A DNA stretch of 64,000 nt. It comes from Eubacteriales bacterium (lineage in GTDB: Bacteria > Bacillota > Clostridia > Oscillospirales > CAG-272). A model generated the notes under the pieces. It made no database searches, was not told the DNA's origin, and was given only the letters and a program-made list of their open reading frames with translations. The stretch lies in contig JAZOVD010000030.1 in NCBI GenBank assembly GCA_045658525.1, positions 25,714 through 89,713 on the forward strand, read 5' to 3'. Of this stretch, positions 15,833 to 25,081 are shown one piece after another. Both the position numbers and the translations under genes were made by a program. How positions within the stretch are numbered: position 1 is the stretch's first letter; each line of letters opens with the position of its first letter.

Positions 15833-17089
15833 ATGAATACGACTGTTTTTCCATCGTTGCTCAGGGGAACGGTAAACGCTCCCGTATCAAAGTCAGACCT
15901 TCACAGAGCGCTTATTTGTGCCGCTTTCTGTAACGGGACCACCGTCCTTCCGGTGCTTGCATCAAACTCCGACACGGACGCGACGGCTGAGTGCCTTTCG
16001 GCACTCGGGGCAGGGGTGGAGCGCACCGAAAACGGATTTGTCATAAACGGACCGATGAGCGGAGGCGGAGAGCTTAACTGCCGTGAAAGCGGCTCCACCC
16101 TTCGCTTTCTGCTGCCGGTCGCGGCGGTACTGGGTAAGGAGGCGCATTTTTCCGGCAGCGGAAAGCTGCCGTCGCGTCCGGTGCTTCCGCTGACATCGGA
16201 GCTTCGCCTGAAAGGAAGTAACATAAGCTCGGATTTTCTCCCTATAACCGTAAAAGGTAAAGCACGCGGAGGAGTATATACACTCCCCGGTGACGTAAGC
16301 TCGCAGTTTGTAAGCGGACTTATGCTCGCGCTTCCTTATACGGGAGAATATTCCGCGATACGTCTTACCTCACCGCTCCAATCAAAAATGTACGTCGATA
16401 TGACGGCAAATACACTTTCGAGATTCGGTGTGGTTTGGAGAGGTGTTTCGGAGGGAACACCTGAATTTCCGTTTGGCGGTTATTCTTTAGTAGGCGGCGC
16501 GTATTCAAGTCCCGAAAAGTATGTAGCTGAGGGCGACTGGTCGGGCGCGGCGTTTTTCACCGTTGCCGGAGCGATAGGCGGAGAGATAACGATAAACGGA
16601 CTTGATCCCGATAGCGCACAGCCGGACAGAGCGATAGCCGATATAGTGAAAAGGTTTGGCGCGGATATAGGATTTGAAAACGGAGCGCTGAAAGTGAAAA
16701 CAGCAGAAAAACGTCCGTTTTCCCTTGACGTATCGCAGTTCCCCGATCTTTTTCCCGTGCTTTCAGTGCTTGCCGCGGCGGCGAACGGAGAAAGCCGTCT
16801 CTATAACGCGGGTAGGCTCCGTATAAAGGAGAGTGACAGAATATCAGCAGTCTGTAATATGATAAACTCACTCGGCGGCAAAGCCATAGCGGACGAGGAT
16901 AGCCTGACAGTCTATGGAAACGGAAGACTTGACGGCGGAACTGTAAACGGCGAAAACGACCACAGAATAGTTATGAGCGCGGCGATAGCGTCGCTTATAT
17001 GTGAAAACGAGGTAACGGTACTCGGAAGCGAAGCGGTAAATAAATCTTACCCAGCGTTTTTCGAGGATCTTTCGGGTTTAACGAAATAA
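15833..17089 (+). CDS. aroA: 3-phosphoshikimate 1-carboxyvinyltransferase (EPSP synthase)
   Basis: APVSKSDLHRALI, SGSTLRFLLP, KESDRI and DHRIVMSAAIA motifs. Confidence 0.9.
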   Translation: MNTTVFPSLLRGTVNAPVSKSDLHRALICAAFCNGTTVLPVLASNSDTDATAECLSALGAGVERTENGFVINGPMSGGGELNCRESGSTLRFLLPVAAVLGKEAHFSGSGKLPSRPVLPLTSELRLKGSNISSDFLPITVKGKARGGVYTLPGDVSSQFVSGLMLALPYTGEYSAIRLTSPLQSKMYVDMTANTLSRFGVVWRGVSEGTPEFPFGGYSLVGGAYSSPEKYVAEGDWSGAAFFTVAGAIGGEITINGLDPDSAQPDRAIADIVKRFGADIGFENGALKVKTAEKRPFSLDVSQFPDLFPVLSVLAAAANGESRLYNAGRLRIKESDRISAVCNMINSLGGKAIADEDSLTVYGNGRLDGGTVNGENDHRIVMSAAIASLICENEVTVLGSEAVNKSYPAFFEDLSGLTK

Positions 17090-17178
17090 TATCTCTATGT
17101 GAACCCCTCGGAAGTGAAAAATTGTTCAAGGTGGCAACAAAAGCTCGACTGTAAGTTTCTTTCTTTTTCTTTGGTTCG

Positions 17179-17214
17179 TTTCTTTTTCTTTCTTTGCAAA
17201 GAAGGAAAAAGAAA
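17179..17214. repeat. 18-bp-arm pyrimidine/purine palindrome in the aroA-aroC spacer
   Basis: TTTCTTTTTCTTTCTTTG/CAAAGAAGGAAAAAGAAA. It is self-complementary with one G-T pair. It has the same CTTTTCTT...AAGAAAAG flavour as the palindromes at 12.38-12.43 kb and 48.63 kb. Confidence 0.7.
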
Positions 17215-17264
17215 TGAAGATGAAAATCAAGCTTCATGAAGCATTTTGAAAGGATTGAAAATAA

Positions 17265-18359
17265 ATGTATTCCGAATTCGGAAGAAATATAAAAATAGGC
17301 GTTTCGGGCGGCTCGCACGAGGAGTACGTCTCAGCGGTGGCGTGCGGAGTTCCGTCGGGCTTTAAGTACGATGCCGAAAAGCTTAAAGCGTTTATGAAAC
17401 GCAGACAGGGTGGCAATCTCCCGTTTACAACTCCCAGAAAAGAGGAGGATGAACCTGTTTTCGTTTCAGGTCTTGATGAAAATAGGGTTACAAACGGAGA
17501 ACCGCTTGAAGTAAGAATATATAATAAAAACGTCCGTTCGGGAGATTATAAAGGCTTTACGGATACCCCGAGACCCTCTCACGCGGACTATACCGCGCCG
17601 CTTCGCTTCGGAAGCGATATAGATATGAGAGGCGGCGGACATTTTTCAGCACGTCTTACCGCACCTCTGTGCGTTATCGGTGGAATATTTAAGCAAATGC
17701 TTGAAAAAAAGGGTGTTTACATAGGCACTCACCTTGCGTCAGTCGGACACGTTTCCGATGAACCGTTCTCGCTTACCGAGATAACGGCAGGCGATTTTAA
17801 TAAAGTCCTTTCGTCAGATTTCCCGACGCTTAGTGAAGAAAAAGCCGAGGAAATGAAAAAAGAGCTTGAAGCAGTCGCAAAGGACGCGGACTCGCTCGGC
17901 GGTGTGGTGGAATGTGCGGTCGTAGGTCTTAATGCAGGCTACGGCGACCCACTCTACTACGGAGTTGAAAACGTTATATCGAGCGAAATGTTCGGACTTG
18001 GCGGAGTGCGCGGAATAGAGTTCGGACTCGGATTTGCCGCTACCAAGATGCGCGGAAGCGAGCATAACGACCCGTTTACCGTTAAAGATGGTAAGATTGT
18101 AACTAAAACCAACAACAGCGCTGGCGTTCAGGGCGGAATAACCAACGGTATGCCGATAGTTTTCAGAGTGGCGTTCAAGCCTACCGCGTCAATAGGTATG
18201 AAGCAGGACACGGTCTCTCTTTCGGAGATGACCGATACGGAAATAGCGATAAAAGGCCGTCACGATCCCTGTATCGCGATAAGAGCGCTCCCTTGTGTTG
18301 AGGCGCTTACGGCAATAGCGATCTCCGAGCTTGTGATCTCGAAGGACGGAGCTATATGA
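17265..18359 (+). CDS. aroC: chorismate synthase
   Basis: GGSHEE, RPSHADY, GGGHFSARLTA and GRHDPC motifs. Confidence 0.9.
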   Translation: MYSEFGRNIKIGVSGGSHEEYVSAVACGVPSGFKYDAEKLKAFMKRRQGGNLPFTTPRKEEDEPVFVSGLDENRVTNGEPLEVRIYNKNVRSGDYKGFTDTPRPSHADYTAPLRFGSDIDMRGGGHFSARLTAPLCVIGGIFKQMLEKKGVYIGTHLASVGHVSDEPFSLTEITAGDFNKVLSSDFPTLSEEKAEEMKKELEAVAKDADSLGGVVECAVVGLNAGYGDPLYYGVENVISSEMFGLGGVRGIEFGLGFAATKMRGSEHNDPFTVKDGKIVTKTNNSAGVQGGITNGMPIVFRVAFKPTASIGMKQDTVSLSEMTDTEIAIKGRHDPCIAIRALPCVEALTAIAISELVISKDGAI

Positions 18360-19294
18360 GCGATAGAATAAAGGTGTTGGCTATCGTAGGTCCTACGGCG
18401 TCGGGAAAGACCGCGCTTTCAGTTGAGGTTGCCAAGCGTCTGGACGGTGAGGTAATCTCCTGTGATTCTATGCAGATATATAGAGGGATGACGGTAGGAA
18501 CTGCGGCTGTAACGGAGGAGGAGATGCAGGGTATTCCGCATCACCTTATAGGTTTCGTTTCTCCGTCAGAAAGCTTTTCCTGCGCCGATTACGCGGAAGC
18601 GGCTGGCAGGGTGATAGAGGATATACACAAACGAGGAAAGCTCCCCATACTCTGTGGCGGAACAGGTCTGTACCTTGATACCGTACTGAAAGGTACGCGT
18701 CTTTCGGAGGCAGGAAAGGATGAAGAATACCGAGGGGAGCTTTCGCGGCTTTCTCCCGAGGAGCTTCACCGCAGGCTTTCGGAGATAGATCCAGAGTCAG
18801 CCGCGAAAACTCACGCAAATAACGTAAAAAGAGTTATTCGCGCGCTTGAAATATATCACGTTACGGGTAAGACCAAAACGCAGTGGGATAGTGAATCGAG
18901 AACGGAAGGCTCGGTATATGATGCCAAAATAATAGGCCTTGATTTTCGTGACAGAGAGAAGCTCTACGAGCGTATAAACCGAAGAGTCGATATAATGCTT
19001 GAAAACGGACTTCTTGACGAGGTAAAGGCGCTCGACTGTAAGGAGTTCAGAGCGTCAACGTCGGCGCAGGCAATAGGGTATAAGGAGATACTTCGCTATC
19101 TTGACGGTGACGTAAGCTTGGAGGAAGCTGTCGAGGAGATAAAAAAAGCGTCGCGTAATTACGCTAAGCGCCAGCTTACGTGGTTCAGAGCCAATCCCAA
19201 TATCGGAATGATATATCCCGACGAATGTCCGGAAAACAAGGATAAATTTGAATTTATTGTAAATTCTGCGATAAATATTATAAATATTATATAA
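18356..19294 (+). CDS. miaA: tRNA dimethylallyltransferase
   Basis: IVGPTASGKTALS, DSMQIYRGM.VGTA, GGTGLY. ATGA overlap with aroC. Confidence 0.9.
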   Translation: MSDRIKVLAIVGPTASGKTALSVEVAKRLDGEVISCDSMQIYRGMTVGTAAVTEEEMQGIPHHLIGFVSPSESFSCADYAEAAGRVIEDIHKRGKLPILCGGTGLYLDTVLKGTRLSEAGKDEEYRGELSRLSPEELHRRLSEIDPESAAKTHANNVKRVIRALEIYHVTGKTKTQWDSESRTEGSVYDAKIIGLDFRDREKLYERINRRVDIMLENGLLDEVKALDCKEFRASTSAQAIGYKEILRYLDGDVSLEEAVEEIKKASRNYAKRQLTWFRANPNIGMIYPDECPENKDKFEFIVNSAINIINII

Positions 19295-19340
19295 AATATG
19301 TTATACTTAAAAAAATGGCGCGAAAGGAGGCAGCCCAAGA

Positions 19341-20072
19341 GTGGATGAGGAATACAAACGCTTCATAGAAGAAAAGCTCGGAGGCGTAAGAGCGCGAATA
19401 CGCGAAAGAACACTTAAAAGGGCAGCCGAAACCGCCTTTGCTTCGGAGGACGTGACCTTGCTCGCGGCGACCAAGAACGTCGATGCCGAGGCGATAAATT
19501 ACGCTCACAAAAATCTGGGACTTGATCACATAGGCGAGAATAAGGCACAGGAGCTTGTCTTGAAGTACCCACAACTCGATAAAGACGGATTGCACATACA
19601 CTTTATCGGACATTTGCAGACCAATAAGGTAAGGCAGATAATAGATAAGGTCGAGATGATACATTCCCTTGACAGCATCGGGCTTGCGGAGGAAATAGAT
19701 AAGCGCGCGAGGGCAATAGGAAAACGAATGCCCGTGCTTGTGGAAATAAATATCGCCCGTGAACCGGAAAAAGGCGGCGTGTTTCCCGAAAATGCGGAGG
19801 ACTTTGTAAGAGAAGTCTCCCGTCTTACGTCGATACACGTTAAGGGTCTGATGACTATGGCGCCCGCCGGATGCTCGGAGAGTGAGTACACACGTTATTT
19901 CACCGAGGTAAAAGAGCTGTTTGAGAAAATAAAAGCACTCGGTATCCCCGAGGTATCCGCTGAGGTACTCAGTATGGGTATGTCGGACAGCTATGAATGC
20001 GCGGTCTCGTGCGGCGCGACGCTTGTACGCGTCGGAAGCGCGATATTCGGGAAACGCGCCTATCAAATTTAA
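19341..20072 (+). CDS. yggS: YggS-family pyridoxal-phosphate homeostasis protein
   Basis: LLAATKNV, HIGENKAQE, HFIGHLQTNKV, MGMSDS. GTG start 10 nt after AAAGGAGG. Confidence 0.85.
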   Translation: MDEEYKRFIEEKLGGVRARIRERTLKRAAETAFASEDVTLLAATKNVDAEAINYAHKNLGLDHIGENKAQELVLKYPQLDKDGLHIHFIGHLQTNKVRQIIDKVEMIHSLDSIGLAEEIDKRARAIGKRMPVLVEINIAREPEKGGVFPENAEDFVREVSRLTSIHVKGLMTMAPAGCSESEYTRYFTEVKELFEKIKALGIPEVSAEVLSMGMSDSYECAVSCGATLVRVGSAIFGKRAYQI

Positions 20073-20131
20073 AAATAAAAAATAAAAACACAAGAATCCG
20101 CATAAGAAATGCGGACAAGGAGGTAAAAATC

Positions 20132-20509
20132 ATGGGATTTTGGAATGTTAACAAGAAGGACGATCTGTACGAGGACGATAATTTTGAAAACGAGGATCTC
20201 GAAATAGACGATTTCGAGCAGCCTAAGGAGAAGATAGCTCCCGTAGCGCACGGTACGCTTCAGATGAAGGTGGTACGCCCCAAGAAGCTTAAAGAGGCAA
20301 CCGAGATAGCCGAGAGCCTTCAGAACGGTCAGACGATAGTTCTCAATCTTGACGAGATGGACGATTCCGCGGCAAGAAGAATGATAGACTATATAGCGGG
20401 CGTTATATTCGCTATACGCGGAAAGATAGAGCGCCCCGCCGACAGAACCTTCCTGCTTACTCCCGACGGAATAAGCGTAGCGACGGAAGAAAAGGACCCC
20501 GCTCAGTAA
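20132..20509 (+). CDS. sepF: cell division protein SepF
   Basis: ATG lies 8 nt after AAGGAGG. The C-terminal domain is VVRPKKLKEATEIAESLQNGQTIVLNL...AARRMIDYIAGVIFAIRGKIERPADRTFLLTP. The 19997 extension overlaps yggS and is rejected. Confidence 0.85.
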   Translation: MGFWNVNKKDDLYEDDNFENEDLEIDDFEQPKEKIAPVAHGTLQMKVVRPKKLKEATEIAESLQNGQTIVLNLDEMDDSAARRMIDYIAGVIFAIRGKIERPADRTFLLTPDGISVATEEKDPAQ

Positions 20510-20512
20510 TCT

Positions 20513-20779
20513 ATGGGACTTTTGTTCCTCGCGCTTTCGGGAATACTGAAAGCGATATTGGGATTTCAGATAATCCTGCTTATCCTTTCCACGCTTTTTG
20601 AGCACACGCTTTTGGCGGAGAAAAACTCAGCTGTAAAGCTCCTGCTTATCGAATGCGACGTCTGGACGGCATGGGCGAGATACCTTTTCTCGTCTTTTCA
20701 AAAAAAGCTTGGAGGAGCGATAGACCTACCGCTTCTATTAACGGAAGCTGTGCTTTACGTAATAGCACGATATATTTAA
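20513..20779 (+). CDS. yggT: YggT-family small membrane protein
   Basis: 88 aa with two hydrophobic segments and a GGAIDLPLLL motif (the YggT gg.iD.S motif). Its position between sepF and ileS is conserved. Confidence 0.55.
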   Translation: MGLLFLALSGILKAILGFQIILLILSTLFEHTLLAEKNSAVKLLLIECDVWTAWARYLFSSFQKKLGGAIDLPLLLTEAVLYVIARYI

Positions 20780-20811
20780 AAAACAGTTTCAAACAGGAGA
20801 CATACTTAAAA

Positions 20812-23601
20812 ATGGCAACCGATTATTCAAAAACTCTCAACCTGCCCGCGACAGAATTTGCGATGCGGGCAAATCTCCCCCAGCGCGAGCCTGATATGCT
20901 TGCCGATTGGGAGAATAATGATCTTTATAAGGCTCTTATGGAGAAGAACGCGGACAAGCCTAAGTTCGTTCTTCACGACGGTCCCCCCTACGCTAACGGA
21001 GATATACACATAGGTCACGCGCTCAATAAGACCTTGAAGGACTTTATAGTTCGTTATCAGAATATGAACGGAAAGTGCGCTCCGTACGTTCCCGGCTGGG
21101 ACTGTCACGGACTTCCCGCGGAGAGCGCGATAATCAAGCAGACAAAGCTTGACCGCGGCTCTATGACGGTATCCGCGTTCAGAGATAAGTGTAAGGATTT
21201 CGTTCTTACCTATGTTGACAGACAGAGAGAGGGCTTTAAGCGTCTCGGTGTCATCGGAGACTGGGAGAATCCCTATCTTACGTTAAAGCCTGAGTTTGAG
21301 GCGAAGCAGATAGAGATATTCGGCGAGATGGCGAAAAAGGGCTATATCTATAAGGGAATGAAGCCCGTTTATTGGTGCGCCTACGACGAGACCGCGCTTG
21401 CTGAGGCGGAGATAGAGTACAGCGACGATAAGTGTGACTCTATATACGTCAAGTTCGAGGTAACGGACGATCTCGGCGGAAAGATAAGAAATATCCCGGG
21501 AGTTCCCGAAAAGGTCTATTTCGTTATCTGGACGACTACGACCTGGACTCTTCCCGGCAACCTCGGTATCTGTCTTAACCCCGACTACGAATATTCCGTA
21601 GTCAAGGTCGGAGACGAGGCTTACGTTATGGCTAAGGAGCTTATCGAAAGCGTATTCAAGACAGCGGGAATAGAGGAGTATGAGATACTCGGAAGCTTTA
21701 AGGGCAGAGAAGCCGAGGGAATGAAGGCGGCTCATCCGTTTATGGACAGACCCTCTTACGTTATCTGCGGCGCGCACGTAACGCTCGAAAGCGGTACGGG
21801 CTGCGTTCATACCGCTCCCGGCTTTGGTGCGGAGGACTTTGACGTATGGCGTAAGTATAAGGACCTTCCCGAGCTTATCGTTCCCGTTGACGCAAAGGGT
21901 AAGCTTACCGAGCTTGCGGGCAAGTATAACGGCCTCACTACCGCACAGGCGAACGTTGAGATACTCAAAGATCTCGAAGAAAACGGCTCGCTCCTCGCGG
22001 TACAGAAGATAGTTCACCCCTATCCTCACTGTTGGAGATGTAAGAACCCGATAATCTACCGCGCGACCGAGCAGTGGTTCGCTTCCGTTTCGGATATGAC
22101 AGAGGCGGCTGTAAAGGCTTGTGACGGCATAGAGTGGCTTCCCGCTTGGGGTAAGGACAGAATGATCGCTATGATACGCGAGAGAAACGACTGGTGTATC
22201 TCCCGTCAGCGTAACTGGGGCGTTCCGCTTCCGATCTTCTATTGTGCCGACTGCGGAGAGTACGTTATAAACGACGATACGGTCAAGAGCGTTTCCGCGA
22301 TCTTCCGCGAAAAAGGTTCTAACGCTTGGTACGATATGCCCGCCGAGGAGCTTCTTCCTAACGGCTTTACCTGTCCGAAGTGCGGCGGTAAGAGCTTTAC
22401 CAAGGAAAAGGATATAATGGACGTTTGGTTCGACTCCGGCTCTTCTCACGCATCCGTTCTTGAAGAAAGAGACGACCTCGTATCTCCCGCCGATATATAT
22501 CTTGAAGGCGGAGACCAGTACAGAGGCTGGTTCCAGTCGTCGATGCTTACGTCGATAGCCGCTCGCGGCAGAGCGCCTTATAAGAAGATAATAACCCACG
22601 GCTGGACGGTTGACGGAGAGGGCAAGGCGATGCACAAGAGTGCGGGTAACGCGGTATCCCCTCAGGAGATAATCGACACCTATGGCGCTGATATACTCCG
22701 TCTGTGGGTATCGTCCGTTGACTTTACCGTTGACGCGAGAATTTCCAAGGATATTCTCAAACAGCTTTCAGAGGTTTACAGAAAGATAAGAAATACCGCA
22801 AGAATACTGATGGGTAACCTCGGAACTGCCGAGACGGACTTCAATCCCGACAGAGATATGGTATCCGACGATAAGCTGACCGATCTTGATAAATGGGCGC
22901 TCGCAAAGCTCAATAAGCTCATAAAGAACGTCCGTGCCGGTTACGATGCGTGCCAGTTCCATATAGTATATCACGAGATAAATAACTTCTGCACGATAGA
23001 TATGTCCAAGCTGTATATCGATATAGTCAAGGACAGAACGTACGTTGACGCAAAGGACGGCGAGGGACGCCGCGCGGCACAGACCACTATGTATAAGGTC
23101 CTCTCCGCACTTGCGCGCCTTATTGCTCCGATACTTGCGTTTACTGCCGACGAGATCTGGAAGGCTATGCCTCACCTCTCTACCGACGACGTAAGAAACG
23201 TTCTTCTTAACGACATGCCAGAGTATGACGAGAGCGAGAAGTTCGCGGAGGTCGAGGCTAAGTACGACGCTCTGTTCGCTATGCGTGACGAGGTCCTTTC
23301 CGCGCTTGAAGTAGCGAGAGCCTCCAAGGTAATAGGAAAGTCTCTTGAAGCAAAGGTAGAGTACAGCGTAAACAGTAACGCTTATAAGTGGCTCTCCGAG
23401 CTTGGCGAGGACGTTCTCTCAGATATATTCATAGTATCTCAGACTAAGCTCGTGGACGGTGGCAACGTAACGGAGAACAGCGTTAAGGTAATGCCCGCCG
23501 ACGGCGAGAAGTGCGCGCGCTGCTGGAAGCATTCCGAGGGCGCGATAGAGGTCGATGGAGAGCATATCTGCCCGCGTTGTAAGAGAATACTGGGTCTTTA
23601 A
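20812..23601 (+). CDS. ileS: isoleucine--tRNA ligase
   Basis: PPYANGDIHIGH (HIGH), KMHKSAGN (KMSKS variant), C-terminal Zn-finger CARCW...CPRC. The start MATDYSKTLNLP lies behind AACAGGAGA. Confidence 0.95.
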   Translation: MATDYSKTLNLPATEFAMRANLPQREPDMLADWENNDLYKALMEKNADKPKFVLHDGPPYANGDIHIGHALNKTLKDFIVRYQNMNGKCAPYVPGWDCHGLPAESAIIKQTKLDRGSMTVSAFRDKCKDFVLTYVDRQREGFKRLGVIGDWENPYLTLKPEFEAKQIEIFGEMAKKGYIYKGMKPVYWCAYDETALAEAEIEYSDDKCDSIYVKFEVTDDLGGKIRNIPGVPEKVYFVIWTTTTWTLPGNLGICLNPDYEYSVVKVGDEAYVMAKELIESVFKTAGIEEYEILGSFKGREAEGMKAAHPFMDRPSYVICGAHVTLESGTGCVHTAPGFGAEDFDVWRKYKDLPELIVPVDAKGKLTELAGKYNGLTTAQANVEILKDLEENGSLLAVQKIVHPYPHCWRCKNPIIYRATEQWFASVSDMTEAAVKACDGIEWLPAWGKDRMIAMIRERNDWCISRQRNWGVPLPIFYCADCGEYVINDDTVKSVSAIFREKGSNAWYDMPAEELLPNGFTCPKCGGKSFTKEKDIMDVWFDSGSSHASVLEERDDLVSPADIYLEGGDQYRGWFQSSMLTSIAARGRAPYKKIITHGWTVDGEGKAMHKSAGNAVSPQEIIDTYGADILRLWVSSVDFTVDARISKDILKQLSEVYRKIRNTARILMGNLGTAETDFNPDRDMVSDDKLTDLDKWALAKLNKLIKNVRAGYDACQFHIVYHEINNFCTIDMSKLYIDIVKDRTYVDAKDGEGRRAAQTTMYKVLSALARLIAPILAFTADEIWKAMPHLSTDDVRNVLLNDMPEYDESEKFAEVEAKYDALFAMRDEVLSALEVARASKVIGKSLEAKVEYSVNSNAYKWLSELGEDVLSDIFIVSQTKLVDGGNVTENSVKVMPADGEKCARCWKHSEGAIEVDGEHICPRCKRILGL

Positions 23602-23603
23602 GA

Positions 23604-24128
23604 ATGTTTTTGGAAAAGATAAAAAAGTATATAAAAATTAACGAAAAGGGAGCATTGATCTCCCTTTTCGTTACAATAGCCACAGTTATTATAGATTTTT
23701 TGACCAAGATCATCGTTATGAATACGATGACGCTCGGTCAAAGCATACCCCTGATAAAGGGAGTTCTTCATATAACCTATATAACGAATAAAGGAGCGGC
23801 GTTCGGCTCGTTTTCGGACGCGCGTTGGCTCTTTATGACGCTCTCCTCACTGCTTATCGTGTTTCTCGTCGCGCTTCTTATCGCGTGGGAGGACAGACAC
23901 CCGCTTTTCTACGTTTCGGTGTCGATGGTGCTTGGCGGCGGTATAGGAAATATGATAGACAGGATATTCTACGGCGAGGTCGTTGATTTCATAGACTTCT
24001 GCGCGTTTCCAAGGCTCTGGCAGTGGATATTTAACGGAGCGGACTCCTTCGTGTGCGTTGGGGTAGGACTTCTTATCATCTACTATATAAAAACCGAGAT
24101 AAGGAACGCGAGGGAGAAGAAGGAATAA
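23604..24128 (+). CDS. lspA: lipoprotein signal peptidase II
   Basis: NKGAAFG and GGGIGNMIDRIFYGEVVDFIDF motifs, four TM segments. Confidence 0.9.
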   Translation: MFLEKIKKYIKINEKGALISLFVTIATVIIDFLTKIIVMNTMTLGQSIPLIKGVLHITYITNKGAAFGSFSDARWLFMTLSSLLIVFLVALLIAWEDRHPLFYVSVSMVLGGGIGNMIDRIFYGEVVDFIDFCAFPRLWQWIFNGADSFVCVGVGLLIIYYIKTEIRNAREKKE

Positions 24129-24144
24129 AAAAGGGGGAAGCCTT

Positions 24145-25065
24145 TTGGTCGGAAAAAGACTTGATATATACGTTTCCGAAACGGAAGGAGTGACCCGTTC
24201 CGCCGCTCAGAAGCTGATAGAGGACGGTTACGTTACGGTAAACGGTATCGCGCGGGCAAAGAACTATAAGCTTTCCGACGGCGACGAGGTGGAAACGGAC
24301 TTTCCCGAGCCTGTTCCCGATAAGGCGTTACCTGAGGATATACCGCTTAACGTGCTTTACGAGGACGATGACCTTTTAGTTGTCGATAAGCCGAAGGGAA
24401 TGGTAGTTCACCCGGCGGCGGGAAACCATACGGGAACGCTCGTAAACGCGCTTCTGTATCATTGCAAGGGTAAGCTTTCGGGTATAAACGGAGTAATAAG
24501 ACCGGGAATAGTCCACCGAATAGATAAGGACACGTCGGGACTTCTGGTCGTAGCCAAAAACGACGCGGCACATAACAGTCTTGCGTTGCAGATAAAGGAG
24601 CATAAGGCTGACAGGATATACCGCGCCGTGGTCGTGGGTAACCCAAAAGATGACGAGGGAACGGTAGATAAGCCTATCGCGCGACACCCGACGGATAGAA
24701 AGAAGATGGCGATAGTTACTGGCGGCAGAGAAGCCGTTACGCACTATAAGGTCATAAAAAGATATAAAGGCTTTGCCTACTGCGAGATGCGGCTCGAAAC
24801 GGGAAGAACTCATCAGATAAGAGTTCATATGGCTTCGATAGGTCATCCGCTTCTCGGAGACACCGTTTACGGCGGCGGAAGCTCGCAGTTTGAAAAAAGA
24901 CACCCAAAGCTGTTCGAGGGGGATAAGTCAGGTCAGGCGCTTCTCGCGAGAACGCTCGGCTTTAATCACCCGAGAACGGGAGAATATATGAAATTTGAAG
25001 CCAAAATACCGTTTTGGCTGGTTCTGATACTGGAAACCTTGGCTAGAGAGACCGAAAACGATTAA
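24145..25065 (+). CDS. rluD: RluA-family 23S rRNA pseudouridine synthase
   Basis: S4-like N-terminus and the HRIDKDTSGLLVVAKN catalytic motif. TTG start 6 nt after AAGGGGGA. Confidence 0.85.
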   Translation: MVGKRLDIYVSETEGVTRSAAQKLIEDGYVTVNGIARAKNYKLSDGDEVETDFPEPVPDKALPEDIPLNVLYEDDDLLVVDKPKGMVVHPAAGNHTGTLVNALLYHCKGKLSGINGVIRPGIVHRIDKDTSGLLVVAKNDAAHNSLALQIKEHKADRIYRAVVVGNPKDDEGTVDKPIARHPTDRKKMAIVTGGREAVTHYKVIKRYKGFAYCEMRLETGRTHQIRVHMASIGHPLLGDTVYGGGSSQFEKRHPKLFEGDKSGQALLARTLGFNHPRTGEYMKFEAKIPFWLVLILETLARETEND

Positions 25066-25081
25066 AAAGAAGGACAGACGA

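Noticed and set aside
20653-20811. Upstream extensions of true genes in the ORF track. Examples: ileS from 20653, sepF from 19997, the island partner from 34760, rapZ from 55755, the antiporter from 9124, the deacetylase to 49632, GT2 to 45137 and ddl to 60814.
   Set aside because: The extensions overlap upstream genes or promoters and lack RBS. Downstream starts have proper Shine-Dalgarno spacing and give canonical N-termini.
21283-22635. Long antisense ORFs inside recognised genes. Examples: 450 aa opposite ileS, 367 aa at 30879-31982 opposite the glutaminase-like gene, 372 aa at 37108-38226 opposite the fucosidase, 342 aa at 38951-39979 opposite fucI, and 225 aa at 890-1567.
   Set aside because: The opposite strand in each case encodes a protein with clear family motifs. 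The antisense products are Arg/Ser/Leu/Val-rich and low in complexity, and they have no RBS. They are shadow ORFs.
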